DNA of 64,000 bases from an uncultured Actinomycetes bacterium (GTDB lineage: Bacteria > Actinomycetota > Thermoleophilia > UBA2241): NCBI GenBank assembly GCA_963755025.1, contig CAVWIH010000026.1:1-64000 (forward strand), read 5' to 3'. The notes under the pieces are model-generated. The model worked only from the letters and a program-made list of their open reading frames with translations. It was not told the DNA's origin and searched no databases. The position numbers and the translations under genes are program-made. Positions 52,667 to 64,000 of the stretch are shown one piece after another (the stretch's first letter is position 1; every line of letters begins with the position of its first letter).

Positions 52667-54975
52667 GCGCCGCCGGCTGGCTGTTCGAGATCGGCGTCGA
52701 AGAGCTGCCCTACAAGACCTGTCAGTCGGTCCTTGCGCAGCTGCAGGGCAAGGCCACGGCCGAGTCGCCGGGCATGGTCTACGAGGCGCTCGCCGCCGCG
52801 CGCCTGCTGGGCGACGGCGGCGCGGCGGCCGACCGCGCCACCGACCCCGCCGGCTTCGCCGAGGCGCGCCTGAAGGTGATGATCGCGCCGCGGCGCATCG
52901 CCGTGTGGGTCAAGAACGTGCCGCGCGAGCAGACCGCCCAGACGCTGCGCCACCGCGGCCCACTCGCCAAGGTCGCCTTTGGCCCCGACGGCGCGCCGAC
53001 CAAGGCCGGCGAGGGCTTTGCCCGCGGCAAGGGCATCAAGCCCGGGCAGCTCGTGCGCGAGACGGTCGACGGCAACGAGTTCGTGGTCGCCGTGGTCGAA
53101 GCCGAGCGCCTGCCCGCCGAGCGCGTGCTGCCCGACATCTGCCGGCGCCTCATCACCGGCCTGCAGATCCCGCGCGGCATGCGCTGGGGCGCGCGCCCGG
53201 CCGGCGCCGACGACTACCTGCGCTTCTCGCGTCCCATCCGCTGGCTGGTCTGCATCTTCGCCGGCCAGCCCGTGCCCTTCGACTTTTACGACCTGCGCGC
53301 CGGCGCGGTCACGCAGGGCCACCGCGTGCTCGGCCGGCCGCTGATCGTCGACCACGCCAGCCACTACGAGCGCCACCTGCGCGAGCAGCACGTGATCGCC
53401 GACCATAACGAGCGCCGCCGCCTTATCGTCGAGGGCCTGCACGCGGCCGCCGGCCGGCTCGGCGGGCGCTGGTCCGACCCGGCCGGCGTGCTCGAAGAGA
53501 ACATCTACCTGGCCGAGTGGCCCAGCGTGCACTCCGGCGCCTTCGACGAGCGCCACCTGCGCCTGCCGAGCGAGGTCCTGATCACCGCCATGCAGGCCCA
53601 CCAGCGCTACTGCCCGGTCGAAGACGCGCCGGCGAGCTGCGCCCCGCCTTTCTCTACGTCTCCAACGCCGACCCGGCTGCCGCCGCGCTCATCACGCACG
53701 GCAACGAGCGCGTGCTCGAGGGCCGCCTGGCCGACGCCGAGTTCAGCTACGACCGCGACCTGGCCGAAGGGCTCGAGGCCATGGCCGGCCGCCTGGGCGA
53801 GGTCGTCTTTCACGCCAAGCTGGGCTCGCTCGCCGACAAGTCGGCGCGCATGGTGGCCCTCACGCAGTGGCTGGCCGGCGTGGTCACCGCGCGCGACGGC
53901 GGCCGGCCGCGCGCTCGCCGCAGCCGCCGACACCGCCGCCGCGGTCGCCGCGGCCGCCGACCAGGGCCTCACCGTGCGCGTCACCGACGAGCTCGCCGCC
54001 GCCGTGATCGCCGCCAAGTTCGCCAAGGCCGACCTGGTCAGCCAGGTCGTCATCGAGTTTCCCAGCCTGCAGGGCCGCGTGGGCGGCCACTACGCCGACA
54101 AGGCCGGCGCCGCGCCGGCCGTCGCTCAGGCGATCGCCGACCACTACCAGCCGCTCTCGGCCGTGGCGCCGCTGCCCGGCAGCCTGGCCGGCAGCCTGGT
54201 GGCCGTCGCCGACAAGATCGACAACATCGCGGGCGCCTGGCTGGCCGGCAACAAGCCGTCGGGCTCGCGCGACCCCTACGGCCTGCGGCGCGCCGCCATG
54301 GGCATCGTGCGCATCGCCTTAGAGCACGACCTGCGGGTCTCGCCGCGCACCCTTGCCGCGGCGGCCGTGCGCGTCTACGCGCAGCCCGCCGACGCGACCA
54401 AGGCGGTGCTGCCCTCGAAGGCGTCGGGCCCCGACCCCGAGGGCGCCATCGCGGCCTTCATCTGGGAGCGCCTCGAAGCGTTGCTGCTCGACGAAGGCCT
54501 GCCCTTCGCGCTGGTCGAAGCGGCGCTGGGCGCCGCCGCCCAGGGCGCCGACCTGTCGCGCGTGGCCGCGCTCGCGCGCACCTTCGCGCGCGTCGAACAC
54601 GAAGCGTTCTTCAACGACCTCGTGGTGGCCTTCTCGCGCCCGGCGGCCCTGGCCGCCAAAGCCGAGGCCGAGCCCGGCGGCGTGGCCGCCGCGCCCGACC
54701 CTGCGCTGTTCGCAGACGAGGCCGAGCACGCCCTGGCCGCCGCGCTCACCGAGGTGCGCGGCCCCATCGGCACGGCGCTGGCCGGCGGCGACATCGAGGC
54801 GGCGCTCTGCGCCGCCGCCGCCCTGCGCGCCCCGGTCGACCGCTACTTCGAGGCCGTCCTGGTCATGGACAACGACCCCGCCGTGCGCGCGAATCGACTC
54901 GCGCAGCTGCGGCAGGTAACCTTCCTGCTCGGCGGCCTCGGCGATCTCGCCCGGCTGCCCGTTCAGCAAAGTTGA
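52663..54975 (+). CDS. glyS: Glycine--tRNA ligase beta subunit (compensating indels near 53630 and 53900)
   Basis: [47 protein letters not shown] and RANRL. Confidence 0.93.
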
Positions 54976-55174
54976 CGAGCGTTCCGTCACAGTCGACGAA
55001 CGCCCGCGTATGAGAAGGCGAGCGCCTCGTCCCATCCGGCGCGCGCTCGCGTTGCACAAACACGAAAGGTGAACACTGCTTCCCAGGCGCAAGGCAAGCC
55101 GCGCCTGGGCCGATGAATGCCGACGGGGAGAACGAGACAGCCCCGGGACCGTGGTGCTCCAGGAGGAAGAATCG

Positions 55175-57892
<2,718 letters not shown>

Positions 57893-57914
57893 GCCCAGAG
57901 AAGGGGACGGCGCG

Positions 57915-58580
57915 GTGGCCGGCACGAACGTGCTTTCCACGGCCGACGGCCGGACGCTGCTCGTGCGTCCGGGCGTGCGTACCGACGCGCGCGCCGTCCG
58001 CGACCTGATCGACGCGGTCGCGGCCGAGCCCGAGGTGCCGTTGCTCGCCACCCCGGGCAGCATCGCCCTGCACGACATACGGGGCCTCATAGTGAAGAGC
58101 GCGCACGACTCGCGCAGTCTCTTCCTGGTAGCCGAGGTTGCCGGCGTTCTCGCCGGCAACCTCGGCGGTTCCGGGGTCGGTTTTGCGCCTTCGGCCCACG
58201 TCTTCGAGTTCGGCATGTCGGTGGGCGCCGACTACCGCGGCGTGGGGGTGGGCGGCGCCCTGCTCGAAGCGGCCGTCGCCTGGGCGACCGAGCAGCGCTA
58301 CCTCAAGGTCGTGCTTTCGGCCTTTCCCCACAACACGCGGGCCATCGCCTTTTACGAACGTCACCGGTTCACGTTCGAGGGCCGCCGCGCCCGCCAGTTC
58401 CACCGCGGCGACCGCTACATCGACGAAGTCCTCATGGCGCGCCCGATCGGGGCGTGGGCGGCCGAGAGCGGCGGGGCCGGGGTCGGCGGAGGGCCCGCGG
58501 CCGAGCCCGGTGGCGAGCCCGCGGCCGAGACCGGCGGGCAGCTCTCCGAGCCCGGCGGCGAGCCTGCGGCCGGGGCTTGA
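57915..58580 (+). CDS. GNAT-family N-acetyltransferase
   Basis: FGMSV..YRGVGVGGALL acetyl-CoA motif, NTRAIAFYERHRF and EG. Confidence 0.85.
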   Translation: MAGTNVLSTADGRTLLVRPGVRTDARAVRDLIDAVAAEPEVPLLATPGSIALHDIRGLIVKSAHDSRSLFLVAEVAGVLAGNLGGSGVGFAPSAHVFEFGMSVGADYRGVGVGGALLEAAVAWATEQRYLKVVLSAFPHNTRAIAFYERHRFTFEGRRARQFHRGDRYIDEVLMARPIGAWAAESGGAGVGGGPAAEPGGEPAAETGGQLSEPGGEPAAGA

Positions 58581-58582
58581 CC

Positions 58583-59134
58583 GTGAAACGCTACGGACGA
58601 GTCCTGGTGCCCATCGGCTGGCTCATCCTCATGCCGCTGCCGGCTCTCGCCTTCTACTGGCTGGGGCTGATCAAGATCAGCCGGGCCCACGGCACGCTCA
58701 TCTCGCACGGTGCCCTGCACGACACCACCGCGCCGGGGGTATGGGCGGGGCTTGCCGTCGTGTATCTTGTGTGGATCGTGGCCCTCACGGTGGCCAGCAT
58801 CTGGACGCTCGACCACCTCGGTTACCACTATCAGGCGTACGACCGGCCCAAGCGCCCCACGCGTCGCCAGCGGCGCCGCCAGCGAGCCGGCCTGCGCTAC
58901 CAGGCGGCGCGCCAGCAGGCCAACCGCGACGCGCTCGCCGAGATCGCGCGCGAGTCGCGCAAGGCGGCTCGCCAGGTCGACGACGAGGGAGCCGGGCAGG
59001 GCGGCGGCGCGCCGAACGTGCAGGGCGGCGGCGCCGCAGGCGCCGCCGACGGTGCGAGCGACGGTCCCGGCCACGACGCCGCCGAGAAACGCGGCCACGA
59101 CGCCGCCGACGAAGGCGGCCACGAAAGGAAGTAG
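58583..59134 (+). CDS. Hypothetical membrane protein (two TM helices, basic cytoplasmic segment)
   Basis: Two hydrophobic helices then Arg-rich stretch; tightly packed between GNAT and dnaG. Confidence 0.55.
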   Translation: MKRYGRVLVPIGWLILMPLPALAFYWLGLIKISRAHGTLISHGALHDTTAPGVWAGLAVVYLVWIVALTVASIWTLDHLGYHYQAYDRPKRPTRRQRRRQRAGLRYQAARQQANRDALAEIARESRKAARQVDDEGAGQGGGAPNVQGGGAAGAADGASDGPGHDAAEKRGHDAADEGGHERK

Positions 59135-59136
59135 TC

Positions 59137-60978
59137 CTGGCGCGCATCGTCAAAGCCAGCATCGAACGGGTCGTGGCCACCGCCGACATGCTCGAGGTGG
59201 TCGGCCAGTACACCCAGCTAAAGAAGGCCGGCGCCAACTACATGGGGCGCTGCCCGTTCCACGACGAAAAGACGGGCTCGTTCTCGGTCAACCCGGTCGA
59301 GAAGCTCTACTACTGCTTCGGCTGCGGCGAGGGCGGCGACCTGCTCTCGTTCGTGCAGAAGAAGGAGAACCTCGACTTCGCCCAGGCGGTCGAAGCCCTG
59401 GCCGACCGCTTCGGCGTGCAGCTCGACTACGAAGAGTCGAGCGGCCGCATCGACGCCGACCGCAAGCGCCGCGATCGTCTCATCCGCCTGCTCGACCTTA
59501 CGCGCGTCTACTACGAACGCGTGCTGTGGGAGGCGCGGGCGGCGCAAGCCGCCCGCGCCTACCTGGCCGCGCGCGGCCTGGGCGAAGAGGTCTGTCGCGA
59601 GTTCCAGCTGGGGTTCTCGATGGCGGGCTGGGCCAACCTGCGCGACTCCGCCGCCAAAAAAGGCTTCAGCGAGCGCGAGCTCATCGACGCCGGCCTTGTC
59701 GTGCCGGGCAAGAAGGGCGGCGTCTACGACCGCTTTCGCGGGCGCCTCATGTTCCCGCTCTCCGACGAGCGCGGCCGCGTGCTGGGCTTTGGCGCACGCA
59801 CGCTGGGCGACGACAAGCCCAAGTACCTGAACTCGCCCGAGACCGCGCTCTACCACAAAAGCGAGGCCCTCTTTGGCCTCGACCGCGCCAAGGCGAGCGC
59901 CGCCAAGCTCGATCGCCTGTTCGTGGTCGAGGGCTACACCGACGTCATCGCCCTGGTGCAGGCCGGCGTGACCAACGTGGTCGCCTCGATGGGCACGGCC
60001 TTCACCGAGGAGCAGCTCAAGCGCCTCACGCGCCACACGCGCAACCTCTTTCTGTGCTTCGACGCCGACGCCGCCGGCCTGGGGGCCATGAACCGTGCCC
60101 TCGAGCTCGCCCGGCGCCTCGGCGCGACCATGCACGTGGTGCGCATTCCCGACGGCTTAGACCCCGCCGACTACGTGCTCGCCGGCAACGACGGCGAGGC
60201 GTTCGGGGCGCTTGCCGCTCGAGCGCAGACTCTGCTACAGTTCCAAACTCACACCGTGCTTGCTTCTCACGACCTTCAGACCGTGGACGGTCGTATGCGG
60301 GCATTTGCCGTCTTGCGGGGCATCCTCGCACAGGCGGCCGGCCCCCTCGAGCGTGACGAAGAGGTCCGGTACGTCGCCGACAGGCTGCAGCTGAGCGAAG
60401 ACAACGTCAGGTTCTTGCTCAGCGACGAAGCGGCCTCCGCCGGCGCGCGGCGCGCGGCCCTCATGGGTGGCGCGACGGGCGGCGGGGCGCGACCGCGTCC
60501 CGAGACCCGTCGCTCAGCCGAGGAGCGCGTCCTGATGGGCACGCACGAGCTCGAGGTGAGTTTCCTCGCCGCCTGCCTGGCGTTGCCCGACCCGGGGCGC
60601 GACTATCTCCTCGCCATCGACGAGGGCTTCTTCTCAAGCGAGCCGTCGCGAGGGGCTTACCGCACCGTCGCTGCGCGGTTAAGCCCCCAAGCTGCAGGGA
60701 AAAAGAGCCAAGGGCACGGGAAGGTGAGAGACGGGGACGCCGCCGACGACGGCACTGTGGCAGCCGTCGTGGTGAGGGCGGCGGGCGAGTCGTTTTCGCC
60801 GGTCGTCTTACAGGAGCTGTTTCTGAGGGTGCAGGAGGCCCAGGTCGGTCGCCTCATCGCGAAACTCAAGGCGACCGTCTCGCATGACGACTCTGAGGAA
60901 GAGGCCAGGCTGATCGAGCTCGAAAGCATGCGCCGCCAGATCCGCGAGGAGCTGCGCGGCCTGCCCGTCGAGGCGTGA
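59137..60978 (+). CDS. dnaG: DNA primase (apparent CTG start)
   Basis: CPFHDEKT..CFGC zinc domain, DRFRGRLMFP, KYLNSPET, VEGYTDV and DAD TOPRIM motifs. Confidence 0.95.
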   Translation: MARIVKASIERVVATADMLEVVGQYTQLKKAGANYMGRCPFHDEKTGSFSVNPVEKLYYCFGCGEGGDLLSFVQKKENLDFAQAVEALADRFGVQLDYEESSGRIDADRKRRDRLIRLLDLTRVYYERVLWEARAAQAARAYLAARGLGEEVCREFQLGFSMAGWANLRDSAAKKGFSERELIDAGLVVPGKKGGVYDRFRGRLMFPLSDERGRVLGFGARTLGDDKPKYLNSPETALYHKSEALFGLDRAKASAAKLDRLFVVEGYTDVIALVQAGVTNVVASMGTAFTEEQLKRLTRHTRNLFLCFDADAAGLGAMNRALELARRLGATMHVVRIPDGLDPADYVLAGNDGEAFGALAARAQTLLQFQTHTVLASHDLQTVDGRMRAFAVLRGILAQAAGPLERDEEVRYVADRLQLSEDNVRFLLSDEAASAGARRAALMGGATGGGARPRPETRRSAEERVLMGTHELEVSFLAACLALPDPGRDYLLAIDEGFFSSEPSRGAYRTVAARLSPQAAGKKSQGHGKVRDGDAADDGTVAAVVVRAAGESFSPVVLQELFLRVQEAQVGRLIAKLKATVSHDDSEEEARLIELESMRRQIREELRGLPVEA

Positions 60979-61067
60979 GCGCGAGAGCTCAGGTCGCAGG
61001 CCACGACCGCACACCGCAGGCAGGATCGCCCGGCCGCACACGAGGTTAGAAGGCAGTGAGGAGAACG

Positions 61068-62186
<1,119 letters not shown>

Positions 62187-62321
62187 TGCGGCGCGCGCCG
62201 ACCGATCGCCAGCCGGCTCGCGACGGGCGCACCGCTCGCCGAAGCCGACGACCGCACGCCGAGGCCAGACCGCACCCCTAGGCCAGAACGCTCACCCAGA
62301 CCTACCAAAGGACACACCCGC

Positions 62322-62729
62322 ATGAGCGACTCCGCCGTCACCGGCGCAAGCGAACCTACGCCGGGCGTCGAAGTACCAGTACGCGGTGGCATCTCAGGCA
62401 CGGTGGTCAGGGTGCGGCTCGGGGTGGTCCTCGGGTTCGTCGCCCTGATCGTGGCGTTCGCGCTGCTCGCCGTCGTGATCTCGGGCGAGCATCTGTGGTG
62501 GGGCGTGCCGCTCGCCGTCGTGGCCCTCGCCGTCTCGGGCTACGCCGCCTTTCTGGGTATCTACGGCGTGATCCGCTACGGCCTGTTCACCGAGGGCAAC
62601 ACGGGCAGCGAGGTCGCCGGCGAGCTGCACCTGTCAAAGATCGCCTGGACCGCCGGCATCGTCTCCGAGATCGCCCTGCTGCTCACGGTGGCCCTGTGCG
62701 TGGCGCTCATCGTGAGGGCAGTGGGCTAA
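62322..62729 (+). CDS. Hypothetical membrane protein (about three TM helices)
   Basis: AAGGA RBS; three hydrophobic segments. Confidence 0.6.
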   Translation: MSDSAVTGASEPTPGVEVPVRGGISGTVVRVRLGVVLGFVALIVAFALLAVVISGEHLWWGVPLAVVALAVSGYAAFLGIYGVIRYGLFTEGNTGSEVAGELHLSKIAWTAGIVSEIALLLTVALCVALIVRAVG

Positions 62730-62889
62730 AGGCCCCGCCCTGCGGCGCAAAGGCGCCGCCTCGCGGCTGCCCTTGGGCCGCCGCGCTTGCGAGCTGCGGC
62801 TCGGCCGCGTCGCGGCTACGGCTCGCGGCCGCGGGCGCACGTTTGAGCGACAGGCTGGCGTGGCCTATACTTCGTCGGCCGGAGCCCGT

Positions 62890-62965
<76 letters not shown>

Positions 62966-62975
62966 AATTTTGCAG

Positions 62976-63034
62976 GAGTCCCCGCAAGCGGGGAGCGTCG
63001 GCCCAAGGCCGACGCCGCTTGCGGGGACTTTTTG
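62976..63034 (+). terminator. Intrinsic terminator after tRNA-Asn
   Basis: AGTCCCCGCAAGCGG...CCGCTTGCGGGGACT followed by a T run. Confidence 0.7.
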
Positions 63035-63197
63035 CGCTCCGGTCGTATTCCGACTCCTCAGGCGTCCCGCGCGACGATAGGGCCGCCCGCGGGCGCCGGC
63101 TGGCGACGCGCTGAGGTCGTCGCTGCAGATCCCACCAATGAGCTTCGTCTTGCCGCCACGCGCGGACTGCCGATGGCCGGAGGCGGCCACGTCGTTG

Positions 63198-63938
63198 CTA
63201 TGGGGACGGCGGCGCTTCGAATCTCGTCGTCAGTGACGTAGCCGCCATGGCCGCGACGAGCCTGTCGTAGTCGTACGGCACGCGCACGAATTCGGCCAAC
63301 GTCTCGCCCGTTTCGAGCCTCTCAGGTTGCACGATGGCATAACACACACGCCAGTCACCGTCCTTGGGCCTCCCGCCGCTGCCCACATTGACGAAGGCCG
63401 TGCCGTCGACCTCGCGGACGTAGGGGATGTGGGTGTGGCCAAAGATGATCGCCCGATACGGGTTCGCCGCAGCCAGGCGGGCAAGGCTGGTCTGCGGGCG
63501 ATCCTCGAAGAGGTACTCGTTGATACGCCGCGGGCTGCCATGCACGGCGAGCAGCTCGCCGGCGGGCGTCTCCAGCACGAAACGATCCACGAGGGTGCGC
63601 AGGTAGGCGCGCGTCTCGGGGTTCGTCGTCTGCTCGGTCCAGGCGAGCGAAGCGGCGCCCTCGGCGCGCTGCTCGTCGGTCTTATAGGCGCAGCCGCAGT
63701 CGCCGGTCTCGAAACCGATGCCCTGGTCGTAGTTGCCCATCACGGTGGGGATGGCGCGATCGCGCACCAGTTGGGCGACCTCGTTGGGAGAGGGACCGTA
63801 GCCCACGAGGTCGCCGAGGCAGAGCACGTCGGGCACACCTCGTCGATCGACATCGGCGAGGATGGCCTCGAGGCCGGGGAGGTTGCCGTGCACGTCGGAG
63901 AACACCGCGATCGGCCCGTTCATCGTCAGTCGCTTCAT
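63198..63938 (-). CDS. Metallophosphoesterase (YfcE-like, type often found in ars clusters)
   Basis: SDVHGN, LGDLVGYG, MGNYD, CGCAY, HGSPR..NEYL, GHTH and NVGSGGRPKDGD. Confidence 0.85.
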   Translation of the reverse strand: MKRLTMNGPIAVFSDVHGNLPGLEAILADVDRRGVPDVLCLGDLVGYGPSPNEVAQLVRDRAIPTVMGNYDQGIGFETGDCGCAYKTDEQRAEGAASLAWTEQTTNPETRAYLRTLVDRFVLETPAGELLAVHGSPRRINEYLFEDRPQTSLARLAAANPYRAIIFGHTHIPYVREVDGTAFVNVGSGGRPKDGDWRVCYAIVQPERLETGETLAEFVRVPYDYDRLVAAMAATSLTTRFEAPPSP

Positions 63939-63945
63939 GGCACAC

Positions 63946-64000
63946 TCACCGCGCGGCCAGCTCGTCGAGCCATTCGCGGATACGCATCTCGATGGCGTCG
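63946..64000 (-). CDS. 3' end of probable LMW-PTP-fold arsenate reductase ArsC
   Basis: DAIEMRIREWLDELAAR* resembles the ArsC terminal helix; only 17 residues visible. Confidence 0.4.
   Translation of the reverse strand, partial: DAIEMRIREWLDELAAR

Noticed and set aside
55089-55116. sigma-28-type promoter upstream of ppdK (GCAA-N16-GCCGATGA)
   Set aside because: Weak -35 match and no supporting upstream module; plausible by chance in GC-rich DNA

Overview
High-GC bacterial chromosome segment, probably from a deep-branching anaerobic Actinomycetota such as Thermoleophilia. This is inferred from the lysA-hom-thrC...rho-rpmE-thyX-prfA-prmC order, the two-subunit glyQ/glyS, ppdK, a corrinoid protein and a Mop-type aldehyde oxidoreductase. 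Many essential genes carry single-base indels, so the assembly looks like unpolished long-read sequence; I stitched genes across these and coordinates near them are approximate. The housekeeping backbone has two accessory blocks. (1) At the usual thrB position: glycoside hydrolase, metallophosphoesterase, cpgS and 2-phosphoglycerate kinase (the archaeal-type cyclic 2,3-diphosphoglycerate pathway), followed by an internally deleted transaldolase relic in front of rho. (2) About 24.5 kb between recO and glyQ: an AOR/TusE/desulfurase operon, an XRE-IrrE regulator divergent from an ARPP-1 (DUF6569)-like gene, paralogous IPT/TIG surface proteins, an MMPL transporter, a MazEF-type toxin-antitoxin pair, and two tandem ~30-aa peptide genes ending in ASGAxxKWx, one absent from the ORF track and the other hidden inside a longer ORF call. 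Several island genes, including the peptide pair, sit behind sigma-28-type promoters, and three share a conserved upstream box and a leader that loosely resembles a cyclic-dinucleotide (GEMM-I) riboswitch. The window ends with dnaG-rpoD, tRNA-Asn and the end of a probable ars cluster. No database searches were run; family calls come from motif recognition.
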